DNA of 64,000 nucleotides, from positions 226,164-290,163 of the forward strand of contig JBGSPL010000001.1 of the NCBI GenBank assembly GCA_041738615.1, given 5' to 3'. The position numbers were made by a program, and so were the translations under genes. Position 1 is the stretch's first letter; each line of letters begins with the position of its first letter. Positions 48,354-57,061 of the stretch are shown one piece after another. The notes beneath the pieces are model-generated. The model searched no databases. It worked only from the letters and a program-made list of their open reading frames with translations, and was not told where the DNA came from. This DNA is from Patescibacteria group bacterium. GTDB lineage: Bacteria; Patescibacteriota; CPR2; UBA1875; CAIMLA01.

Positions 48354-49934
48354 CTACTTCTTCTTGGAGCCCTTCCTAGGACGCTTGGCTTTGTGTTCCG
48401 CAACCTGCTTCTTGAGCTTGTTCTCTGTTCGTCTATCCGATACCCACTTGAGGCCCCACAGGGCAGCAACACCGGCGAGTGATGATAAGCCGATAGCTAG
48501 AGCACCGTTTAGCGACGAGTCCGCGGTTTTCTCTGCACCTGTGAACTTTGGATCTACTAAGTTGATTGAAGCGATTTTCGACTTGTCAGACAAAAGCTTT
48601 TGCGCGAGCTCGGTAATCTGCTCTGGATAATCTCGACCAATTTCTGGCAACTGCAAGAGTGCAGATAGCTCTGCGTCCACCCCTTCACCAAGGTCAATCA
48701 GCCCAAACTTCTCTGGCTCTGCCGCGATAGCAGCTACGAGCTCTTTAGCAATCCATTGGGCGCCCCCTCGGTAAGAAAACTCGGAATATTCCGAGGATCC
48801 CCAATCTAAAATCCGCGACAGTGAAGCCGACTTTTTCTCGGTAAACATGAGCTCCCCGAGCATACCCATAGTTTCGTCACGGACACCCTCGGCAGATTGG
48901 GCCTGCATAAGCTCCAGGGCGCTCGTGGCAGCCGCTACCTGGTCCAACCCTAGCGTCTCCTCGTTCTGATAAAACAAGTGCCCCATTTCGTGTGCCACAA
49001 CTCTGGTAGGCACCTCTACATCAAAATCTTGAATATAACTCTCGGAAACAAATGAACCGAGCTGCATAGCTAGCACTTGTCTTTCCTCTACTGTCTTTCC
49101 TGCCTGCATTATCTTTTCCGCTCGACTCTGAATATCGAGTAAGCCCTCTGACCCTATTCTCTCCTTGGTCTCCTGTATTTGTTGCTTCTTCTCGGCGGCC
49201 TCGGTGTCAGCACCTTCTTTGTAGATAAGGACCGACTTGTATCTAGTTTGCCCTTCTAGTGGGGCCGTTGTCTTCACGCTGCTGATGCCCTCGCCATCGA
49301 GTACTAGTGGGCCGATATTCACAAGCGGAACCATCCTATCGCCGACTGCTGTCTCCACTACCGTATGCTTTGCCGACTCTACACTAAAGAAATTTGTGAT
49401 AACCCCAAAATAATCCTTGCCGGTTTCATCTGCGGCGATGGCCAAGACAGACTTGGCAAAGATGCCATACTGAGCCATTGCCTCTGGGAATCTTCGCTGC
49501 ATCACTTGTTTGTACTGTTCGGGACTAAAAGGAGTTTCTTCGTGCAAGACTTGTGCGACTGCCTGGTAAGCATCCTCGTGTGCTGCCGTTTGTTCGGCTG
49601 TAGGGGTCACAAATCCTGCGACTGTCTCCTGGCTATCGGCCATACCATCTGCAGCCACTAGCCTCTGGTATTCTTCTATCGCTGCTATCGCACTTTTTGC
49701 TTCTGCTGTTATCGGCTGCTGTTCGACCGCAAAGTCGATTGGCTTCATGGTTTCTTTGATATTCTCTACAATAACTTCATTTCCGCGAAACTCTGTCGAT
49801 GCCTCGGCACTTGTCGGTTTCTCTAGAGCCTCGGCAGCTACTGCCGCCGCTGTGCCGGCAACCCCCTGTAAAAACTGCCTCCTGGTTATTCCTCGTTCAT
49901 CTTCTGCATGATTCTCGGCCATGGTGCGCTCCAC
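48354..49934 (-). CDS. Tat-signal zinc metallopeptidase-like protein (HEMGH) with C-terminal TM anchor
   Basis: N-terminal RRQFLQGVAGTAAAVAA twin-arginine motif. VVAHEMGHLFYQ HExxH. C-terminal hydrophobic helix plus KKQVAEHKAKRPRKGSKKK. Confidence 0.6.
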   Translation of the reverse strand: MERTMAENHAEDERGITRRQFLQGVAGTAAAVAAEALEKPTSAEASTEFRGNEVIVENIKETMKPIDFAVEQQPITAEAKSAIAAIEEYQRLVAADGMADSQETVAGFVTPTAEQTAAHEDAYQAVAQVLHEETPFSPEQYKQVMQRRFPEAMAQYGIFAKSVLAIAADETGKDYFGVITNFFSVESAKHTVVETAVGDRMVPLVNIGPLVLDGEGISSVKTTAPLEGQTRYKSVLIYKEGADTEAAEKKQQIQETKERIGSEGLLDIQSRAEKIMQAGKTVEERQVLAMQLGSFVSESYIQDFDVEVPTRVVAHEMGHLFYQNEETLGLDQVAAATSALELMQAQSAEGVRDETMGMLGELMFTEKKSASLSRILDWGSSEYSEFSYRGGAQWIAKELVAAIAAEPEKFGLIDLGEGVDAELSALLQLPEIGRDYPEQITELAQKLLSDKSKIASINLVDPKFTGAEKTADSSLNGALAIGLSSLAGVAALWGLKWVSDRRTENKLKKQVAEHKAKRPRKGSKKK

Positions 49935-50055
49935 TTATAGCAATATTTTACCCTTCTATATGTAATATTCAAAGCTGTTTGGACAAACTTCTATAAAGCA
50001 AAGTGCCCGCCTCCCACGGGCTACTCTGAAGTAGTGGTGGAAGTACGGGCACGTA

Positions 50056-50667
50056 CTAGGCGGGATCCTTCTGGAAGGTGAGCTGTTTCTCTTGCCCATT
50101 CCAGATTCTCACCCAGTTCTCGCGGTGGAGCCAGATGACCATAGCCCCCATCGCGAATGCAATCACTGCTGGCCAGGTCTCCAGGGTGTAGAGGTAGACC
50201 AATATCCAGAAAAGGCCAGCGATGGCGGTAGAGCCGATGGCAACGACCCTCGTGAGCGCGACTGCGAGCACGAAGATCACGAGCAGTACTAGAGCCACCG
50301 GCCACATCTGGTAGAAGAGCGCTCCAGCTCCGGGTGCGATCCCCTTGCCGCCCTTCCAGTGGAGGTAGAACGGGAAGGTGTGACCAGCGATGACGGACAT
50401 CATGATCAAGAGCATGATGGAAGCTGATGGGTGTTTCAGGACCGTGGCAGCGAGCCACATAGCCAGGATACCCTTGCCGGCGTCCAGTAGAAGGACGGCT
50501 AGCGCCGGCTTCCACCCCAGTACCCGATACACGTTGGTAGCGCCGAGATTACCGGAGCCAGACTCTCTGATATCGGTGCGGTAGAACACCTTACCGATTA
50601 CGAGAGCCCAAGAGATGGTACCGATGGCATAGGCCAGTGCGGCACATCCCACGTAGCTGAAAACCAC
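50056..50667 (-). CDS. plsY: acyl-phosphate:glycerol-3-phosphate acyltransferase PlsY (high-GC gene)
   Basis: GSGNLGATNVYRVLG and LLLDAGKG motifs. Start placed at GTG 50667 (SD AAGGAGGTG 6 nt upstream), because the longer track ORF would overlap fabK. Confidence 0.8.
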   Translation of the reverse strand: MVFSYVGCAALAYAIGTISWALVIGKVFYRTDIRESGSGNLGATNVYRVLGWKPALAVLLLDAGKGILAMWLAATVLKHPSASIMLLIMMSVIAGHTFPFYLHWKGGKGIAPGAGALFYQMWPVALVLLVIFVLAVALTRVVAIGSTAIAGLFWILVYLYTLETWPAVIAFAMGAMVIWLHRENWVRIWNGQEKQLTFQKDPA

Positions 50668-50707
50668 TTGCCCACCTCCTTGGGTGGTAGGAACGATGGT
50701 GCGGACC

Positions 50708-51676
50708 CTACTCGCCTTCGGCAAGAGCTTGGTTCGCGCCTTCGTAGATGCGGTCGACGATGGCAGCTGCAGGCTCGATAGCGTGGATGTGACAGGCCAC
50801 CTGGCCACACATCACACTACCCCACACCGTGTCACCCTGCTTCATCGCTTTCTCGAGGGCGCCGTCACCGAGGGCAGCCTTGCCATCCTCATCTCCGGCA
50901 GCCTCCAGCTCTGCGAAACGTTCCGAGAGTGCGTTCACGAGGACGCGCACGGGTCGATGGCCGATAGCCTTGGGCGTGTATGTGACTGTAGTACAGTCGC
51001 CCTGTGCCGCAACGATCATCTGCTTGACCTCATCTGCGATCTCGGTCTCCTCGGCTACGAGGAAGGCCGTCCCGACCTGAACGCCTTCGGCGCCCGCGAG
51101 GATTGCCTTCGCTGCACTCTGTCCGTCGTAGATACCGCCCGCGGCGATAACCGGGATACGGCCAGCGACAAGGGCGATGATGTCCGACAGGATGTCGAAC
51201 AACCCGTGATTGCCGATGTGACCGCCGGATTCGAGCCCCTCGACGATGAGAGCATCGACCCCAAGCTTCAGCCAGTAGTTGGCCCACTTTACCTCAGCGA
51301 CCAACGGGATCACCTTGACCCCAGCGCTCTGAAGCAAGGATACCTTGTCCTGACGAAAGACGCCGGCGCCAATCGTGACCGCAGTGACTCCACCTTCCTC
51401 GATGAGGACATCAATGAGAGCCTGCGCTTTGACTGCGTCGACTGCCATGATGTTCACCCCAAAGGGCTTGTCGGTAAGACCCTTGATCCTGCGGATTTCA
51501 TCCCGCAGTTCCTCGGGGGTCATTCGACCCGTGGCGATGATGCCAAAGCCGCCAGCATTGCTGACGGCTGCCGCAAGGGTGGCCGTAGAAACACAAGCCA
51601 TCCCTCCCTGTAGCACTGCCTTCGCTATTCCGAGCAACTCGCAGATGCGAGCGCCCCATTCGCGTATTCGTGCCAT
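50708..51676 (-). CDS. fabK: enoyl-ACP reductase FabK-type (NPD/nitronate monooxygenase family flavoprotein, high-GC gene)
   Basis: 322 aa. LLGIAKAVLQGGMACVSTATLAAAVSNAGGFGII, GVNIM, IAAGGIYDGQSAAKAILAGAEGVQVGTAFL. SD GAGGAGAGGAG. Confidence 0.75.
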   Translation of the reverse strand: MARIREWGARICELLGIAKAVLQGGMACVSTATLAAAVSNAGGFGIIATGRMTPEELRDEIRRIKGLTDKPFGVNIMAVDAVKAQALIDVLIEEGGVTAVTIGAGVFRQDKVSLLQSAGVKVIPLVAEVKWANYWLKLGVDALIVEGLESGGHIGNHGLFDILSDIIALVAGRIPVIAAGGIYDGQSAAKAILAGAEGVQVGTAFLVAEETEIADEVKQMIVAAQGDCTTVTYTPKAIGHRPVRVLVNALSERFAELEAAGDEDGKAALGDGALEKAMKQGDTVWGSVMCGQVACHIHAIEPAAAIVDRIYEGANQALAEGE

Positions 51677-51877
51677 GCCGAACTCCTCTCCTCGAGAGCC
51701 AATGGTCTCTAAACTGTCAATGAACCCCCAAGTAATCTATCGTTGGGAATTGGCTGGATTATACCCTAAAACCAAGCTTTATTCAACGAAAATATCGCAG
51801 AAACGCAAACACTCCGCCCCGCAGGCAGTACAACGGAGTGTTATACGCCCGCAAAGCGGAGTGGTAATAGAGGGCAG

Positions 51878-52645
51878 CTATTGAGCAGCCCAGACACGGT
51901 CACGGAGTGTCCGTGCAGCAGTGGGGATGTAGTTCATAGTGATGACATCGGCAGGAAGCTCCAATCCCTCAAAGCAACCTACGCTGCACGCCCGGAGCGC
52001 CATGACACCGCTGAAACCGTCGGCGCTGAGCGCTTTCAGGACATCCGCCCCCTTGATCCCGTCGTCGAGGCAACACTCGGTGAGGACGCCGGCCAGATGG
52101 CAGTCGTGGTGCGTGATGCGCGCTTCCTGAAGACTCGATACGGCGTAGACCGACAGGTCTCCCAGGTATCCGCGATACGCCTCCAGAGCTTCTGCTCGGG
52201 CAACAACCATGACGGCGGGCTTCACCAGCAACTCAAAGACCCCCGGGTGAGCGGTCTTCCAATCACGCCAACGGGTGTACTGGCCCTCCATGCTATCGAG
52301 GAGCTCGAGCAGGGAGAGAGCACTGTGTTCCGCCGGATTCGGGAAGTAGGCAGCGGGGTTCTCCCAGGTGTACTTCTTGTAACACCAGTCGCCCTCCCCC
52401 CTCTTCCAGAAGGTTACCGTGTTGGCGCAGGGCCCACCGATGAAAGTGCCCTGAGGAGTAACCACCTCCATCTCCTTGGCAGTGCTGCCCCAGGCGGGTC
52501 CCTGGCAGATGTACTCCACGAAGGAGCGAATCTGCCTTGCCTCTTGGGCAGTCACTTCAACGGAGCCAGGAAGCAGCGTAGCGATGTAGTCCGGTCTTCC
52601 AGGATCCTTCACAGGGATCCCCAGCTTTACGAGGTGCTCGTGCAT
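51878..52645 (-). CDS. high-GC Cys-rich hypothetical protein
   Basis: 255 aa. GC3 highest on this strand in sampled codons. Hairpin AACACTCCG...CGGAGTGTT downstream. A competing 281-aa plus-strand ORF is judged less likely. Confidence 0.4.
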   Translation of the reverse strand: MHEHLVKLGIPVKDPGRPDYIATLLPGSVEVTAQEARQIRSFVEYICQGPAWGSTAKEMEVVTPQGTFIGGPCANTVTFWKRGEGDWCYKKYTWENPAAYFPNPAEHSALSLLELLDSMEGQYTRWRDWKTAHPGVFELLVKPAVMVVARAEALEAYRGYLGDLSVYAVSSLQEARITHHDCHLAGVLTECCLDDGIKGADVLKALSADGFSGVMALRACSVGCFEGLELPADVITMNYIPTAARTLRDRVWAAQ

Positions 52646-52839
52646 ATTTCTAGCCTTTCTCTCGGCGTAAACTGCAAGTCGACGATATTATACGACGAAA
52701 TACCGCTTTCTACAAGCATAAGATGACACATCGGCGGGATAAGCCTAGTAATGGCAATAACGCAAAGGCTTCACTTTTTTCCTTAATTGGGCTATAATCC
52801 AAGCGGTTCTTTTGTATACATGCCGACACTGGGGGCGCT

Positions 52840-53238
52840 ATGAGCGAGAAACCTTTGACCCGTAGCGACATCGTCAGGGAAGGAAGGTGGCTGCTGATCC
52901 TCATCTGGATCTGGCAAGATGAGGCAGACATCGACAGGTACTTCGAGCTGGCTCGAATTCTCTTCGGGATGATCTTTGTGGAGCACAACACGGGCAAGCT
53001 TGCCGACCCACTGCTCTGTCGCCCGAGTTGGGCAAACCTGCCTCTTGCCAAGGCCGTCTTCGTACTCGCCAAGGCACAAGGATTCCAACGGGGCGAAGGT
53101 AGCCAGCTGGCTACCAAACTCTGCCACGCCAAACATACCCACAACCACTACCCCGTCATCAATCTCATGGTGATACAGGGAGTGCACCCCCGGGTGGCGC
53201 CTCGCCACGTTCCCCATCTCATCGCCTTGGTCGCCTGA
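52840..53238 (+). CDS. high-GC hypothetical protein
   Basis: 132 aa. GC3 about 70% versus GC1 about 55% on plus. Perfect TATAAT at 52786-52791 in the AT-rich upstream region. Competing minus ORFs rejected. Confidence 0.4.
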   Translation: MSEKPLTRSDIVREGRWLLILIWIWQDEADIDRYFELARILFGMIFVEHNTGKLADPLLCRPSWANLPLAKAVFVLAKAQGFQRGEGSQLATKLCHAKHTHNHYPVINLMVIQGVHPRVAPRHVPHLIALVA

Positions 53239-53336
53239 GAACCGCAGCGCCACTGGCGCACAGTCTCCCGCAAAGGAAGCGCCGTGCACCACTGGCGCTT
53301 CATCATTTGTCCAAAATTATGATAAAATATAGCCAT

Positions 53337-53816
53337 ATGAAAACTCTAATCACCTATGCCAGTAAATATGGCTCCACCAAGAAGTGCGCTCAGATGGTAG
53401 CTGCAGGCCTTATCAGTGAAGCTGATCTTGTAGACCTAAAGGAGTCCATCATAGTCGACCTAGATAAATACGACACGGTTGTCATTGGAGGCTCAGTAAT
53501 GATGGGTGTAATTCAGCGTGAGGTCCGCGAGTTTCTAAACAAATACGAAACCAGGCTGCTAGACAAAAAGCTGGGACTCTTTATTTGCAATATGCGGACC
53601 GATGAGGATGCGCAAGCTGAGATCGAGGTTGCCTACCCCAAGATCCTAAGGGATAAAGCGACGGCTGTAGAATACTTTGGCGGCGAACTAAACATGGAAA
53701 AACTGAGTAGATTTGATAAATTTATCATAAAATCAGTTACTAAGGAACGCGAGAATCTCTCTGCCCTACTTGAGCCAAACATAGACCGTTTTATCGATAA
53801 GATGAACCAAACCTAA
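53337..53816 (+). CDS. flavodoxin-like protein
   Basis: MKTLITYASKYGSTKKCAQMVA...VVIGGSVMMG flavodoxin fold. Start at ATG 53337. Confidence 0.7.
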   Translation: MKTLITYASKYGSTKKCAQMVAAGLISEADLVDLKESIIVDLDKYDTVVIGGSVMMGVIQREVREFLNKYETRLLDKKLGLFICNMRTDEDAQAEIEVAYPKILRDKATAVEYFGGELNMEKLSRFDKFIIKSVTKERENLSALLEPNIDRFIDKMNQT

Positions 53817-53884
53817 GAAATTTCCCGACAAAATAACATCCTAAAATTCTATAGAATATTAGGATGTTATTTTACGATAAGTAC

Positions 53885-54151
53885 TCAGAATCCAGTGAGT
53901 GCGCGGTAGAAGAGAAAGGCAGTAATAGCCAGGAGTACAACAAAGACAGCTGTGCGGAAAACATAACTATAGGCGAAAAGGAAACGTAAGTAGAATATTA
54001 CAAAGGCAATCCAAACCAAAACTCCGACAAAGAAAAGTACCACCAGTCCCGCCCAGAAGGCAAAGAACGCCAATACCAGGATAGCGATTACAATCATCAC
54101 ATATAGTAGAAACCGAGAATCTTGGCGCAATTTGTTCAAGAAATCTTTCAT
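53885..54151 (-). CDS. small membrane protein
   Basis: 88 aa, three hydrophobic helices. Adjoins the Yip1-like gene (shared ATG/TGA boundary at 54151). Confidence 0.4.
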   Translation of the reverse strand: MKDFLNKLRQDSRFLLYVMIVIAILVLAFFAFWAGLVVLFFVGVLVWIAFVIFYLRFLFAYSYVFRTAVFVVLLAITAFLFYRALTGF

Positions 54152-54990
54152 TACTTTGCTTCCTTCTTCTTGGGTTTCTTCTTTGCTGCTGGCTTTTGTG
54201 TCACCACGGCAAGACCATCATAGGCTTTTAGCCCCTGATAAATCTGATAGAGGAAATATCCATGAAAGGCGAGAGCAATGAAGTCCTGCATCCAGAGAAT
54301 GAGGAGTGTATCCAATACATAAAGTACCAGTGCCAACTTGATAGCACCGCGGCTGCCCTCGTTTGCCTTCTTGCCCAGCATGTAAAAGATAGAGGAAAAT
54401 GCCACACTGAGACCCACTACTATTGCGTTTACCGTCAGCGCGTCATAGCCCGCGCTTCTAAACGCGATTCCGAAAGCGTCGAAGATCATGCTGATGCCAA
54501 GCCCTATGACGAAGGTAACGCTAGGGTAAACAATAGAAATCAAGGTGTTGACGACCGAAAAGATACCGATCTGCATTAGGACGTTTGTCCCACGGAAATA
54601 GCTATTTTCGAGCTTTATCTGGCCAACGGTCTTCGTAATCACCTCATCATCACCAGGTGCTGCTACTTTTGAAGGTTGAACTGTTGTCACAGAGCCCGCT
54701 GGGACCATTGGCGAACTTTTCCCAAAAATCATAGCAAGACCCTGGGGCTTTAGCTTACTGGCTCCCATAAACATATAGGCAATAAAGAAGCCCATGCGGA
54801 CCAGAAGATAGAGTAGCGCAAATATGGAAACCACGAACATGAAGTTTTCGTAGGCGCCACTACCCTCCATGAGCCGGTCGATGTTAGTCACAATGATAGT
54901 CAAAAAATAGATCGCAAACAGATCTACAAATATTCGTTTGCTGTTCTTGAGACTATAGAATTCCTTTAGCCGTTGCCATAATGTGTTCAT
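54151..54990 (-). CDS. multi-pass membrane protein, Yip1-domain-like
   Basis: 279 aa, 5-6 TM, Lys-rich C-terminal tail AAKKKPKKKEAK. Confidence 0.5.
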   Translation of the reverse strand: MNTLWQRLKEFYSLKNSKRIFVDLFAIYFLTIIVTNIDRLMEGSGAYENFMFVVSIFALLYLLVRMGFFIAYMFMGASKLKPQGLAMIFGKSSPMVPAGSVTTVQPSKVAAPGDDEVITKTVGQIKLENSYFRGTNVLMQIGIFSVVNTLISIVYPSVTFVIGLGISMIFDAFGIAFRSAGYDALTVNAIVVGLSVAFSSIFYMLGKKANEGSRGAIKLALVLYVLDTLLILWMQDFIALAFHGYFLYQIYQGLKAYDGLAVVTQKPAAKKKPKKKEAK

Positions 54991-55039
54991 AGGTTTCCTT
55001 AATTAACATTTATTAACTAACAAATATCTTGGACTGAGC

Positions 55040-55849
55040 TTACGCCTTTTTGTGCCAACCTTCAATATCAATTATGTGAAGCGCGTTGGTTTCAGCCACA
55101 TACAAAAATTGGGAGGCTTGATAATCACTAAAATCAAAGTTAAAGCCATGCTTTTCAAAATATTCCTTGAGTCGTACTGCAGCACCCGTTATCCGCCGGA
55201 CAACATCGCTCTTTTCCGCTAGAAAGTCGGGGTTACCCTCACCTGAAACGATCCTCTGCTGCAGCTCCCCTATCGTTTCTGCACCAGGAATATACTCATA
55301 GGCAACATATTGTTTGGCTGTGTGCTTTTCGTCTACCTTCCGACTTACCACTCCAAAGATGGGTTCCGCCAAGGCAATATCGGAGAATCCTGAATCAGCA
55401 ACGATCCCCCTGTACTCCTCCGAATCTGCGAGGGTCTTGATCTCACTAGCCAACTTTAGTTCGTTCAAAATGCTGTGATGTGCGTTCATACCGCGGAGTA
55501 TCTTGCTGTCGTGCTCGGTCTTCTCCTCGGGTGCTTTGCTCCTCCGTTCCAGATAGGGCCTATTTTGCACCTCCGTGAGTCCACTGGATTTCTTTTGCTT
55601 GATGAAAATCTCAGAACCACCATCGACGGCAGGCAAAAGCGTGAATCTGCCGGTCTGGGGTTTATTCCCAGCCGTTTCTAATCCGTCGAGTGTATTGTTA
55701 GCGGCCATAGAAACAACCTCGACCATAGCCTCGTAGTTTTCGCTACTGTGTTTCCCAAGCGGCATTACGGCATCTACATCGCCAAAATGATAAATCTTGT
55801 TCGTTTGTGCAGCTGGATCTTGCTCCGGTTTACTCTGTATCTCTGGCAT
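55040..55849 (-). CDS. hypothetical protein, possible kinase-like fold
   Basis: 269 aa. C-terminal ALHIIDIEGW resembles the catalytic loop region of APH/choline-kinase-like proteins. Weak. Confidence 0.45.
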   Translation of the reverse strand: MPEIQSKPEQDPAAQTNKIYHFGDVDAVMPLGKHSSENYEAMVEVVSMAANNTLDGLETAGNKPQTGRFTLLPAVDGGSEIFIKQKKSSGLTEVQNRPYLERRSKAPEEKTEHDSKILRGMNAHHSILNELKLASEIKTLADSEEYRGIVADSGFSDIALAEPIFGVVSRKVDEKHTAKQYVAYEYIPGAETIGELQQRIVSGEGNPDFLAEKSDVVRRITGAAVRLKEYFEKHGFNFDFSDYQASQFLYVAETNALHIIDIEGWHKKA

Positions 55850-55861
55850 TTCTCTCGTTTC

Positions 55862-57037
55862 CTAGTTTCTTTGCAGTTTTGCGCTATCCAGCTTTGTTAG
55901 TATTTCAGAGCTGAAAGTATAGACTGTACCCTTATTCGCATTATATCTTTCCTCGGCCAGAGAGATAAGGTTCTCGACCAGCTCCACGCCTGAAACACCC
56001 ACTGAGCGCCAATTGTGGTCATAGAGCCCACCGGGAAGAGTATTGACCTCATTTACGTAAACCTCACCCTTCTTGCCTTCTATTAGAAAATCAACCCGGG
56101 CAATACCCGTACACCCGAGGGTACGATAGGTCATCTCTCCATACTTCAGGACCTTATCGGCAAGTTTCTTGTCTATAACTGCCGGTAGCTCACTATATTT
56201 TCCGTTCAGACTACCGCCACCACCAAGCTTCTTACCACCAGAAAGGTACTTGTCCGAAAAATCAAAAAACTCAGTTTTATTTAGTGGCCGCTCTATGTTG
56301 GCAAACTTCACAACGTCGTTGCCCATCATAGGGAGCGTAACCTCAATCAGGTTTTCCACCCCTTCCTCTACAAGGACTTTCTCGTCGTAATGCAGCGCCA
56401 CCTCTATAGCATTTTCGAGTTCCCCATATGTTTTTACCTTCGAGATAGCGATACTGGAGCCCAAATGAACGGGCTTCACAAATAGCGGCAATTTGAGCTT
56501 CTTAGCACTACCAAGTAATTCCTTGTTCTTTGCTGCCCAATCCGCGCGAGAAAACCACACAAAAGGCACCACCGGCACGCCCTCGGTTTGCAAAGCTTGC
56601 TTCGTGAGAGCCTTGTCCATCGCCACAGCAGAGGCAATGAGGTCACAGCCCACAAATGGTACATTCGCCATTCTCATCATCCCCATGAGACTCCCGTCTT
56701 CGCCGTAGGTGCCATGAAGTGCTGGAAAGACCACATCAATTTTCTGCTGCCTGGCCTTGATTCCGCCAGACCAGACGAGTGTAAAACCGTCATCAAAGGA
56801 GAAATGCAACTTCTTGAGTTTACCGATCTTCTCGTCAATATCCTCCACTTGAAAGTACGAAAAATCATTCATTGCAGGCTCTGAGTACCAGGAACCGTCC
56901 TTGGCGATATAGACCGGCACCACAGTATACCTCCCGGTTGCCTGTAACGAGCTGATTATCGGATAGTGTCCCGTAATGATAGAAACGTCGTGCTCTGCAC
57001 TTCGCCCACCGAATATTACTGCAATTGTCTTCTTCAT
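55862..57037 (-). CDS. ddl: D-alanine--D-alanine ligase
   Basis: 391 aa ATP-grasp. IAVIFGGRSAEHDVSI, FPALHGTYGEDGSLMGMM. Confidence 0.9.
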   Translation of the reverse strand: MKKTIAVIFGGRSAEHDVSIITGHYPIISSLQATGRYTVVPVYIAKDGSWYSEPAMNDFSYFQVEDIDEKIGKLKKLHFSFDDGFTLVWSGGIKARQQKIDVVFPALHGTYGEDGSLMGMMRMANVPFVGCDLIASAVAMDKALTKQALQTEGVPVVPFVWFSRADWAAKNKELLGSAKKLKLPLFVKPVHLGSSIAISKVKTYGELENAIEVALHYDEKVLVEEGVENLIEVTLPMMGNDVVKFANIERPLNKTEFFDFSDKYLSGGKKLGGGGSLNGKYSELPAVIDKKLADKVLKYGEMTYRTLGCTGIARVDFLIEGKKGEVYVNEVNTLPGGLYDHNWRSVGVSGVELVENLISLAEERYNANKGTVYTFSSEILTKLDSAKLQRN

Positions 57038-57061
57038 ATCGCCTCCTTCGGCATAATTATA

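Noticed and set aside
51881-52726. 281-aa plus-strand ORF opposite 51878-52645
   Set aside because: It starts inside a terminator hairpin and runs into AT-rich DNA. Sampled GC3 favours the minus strand. The choice remains uncertain.
52710-53292. Minus-strand ORFs 52710-53144 and 52792-53292
   Set aside because: Third-position GC is higher for the plus frame 52840-53238, which also has a TATAAT promoter. The minus translations are low-complexity.
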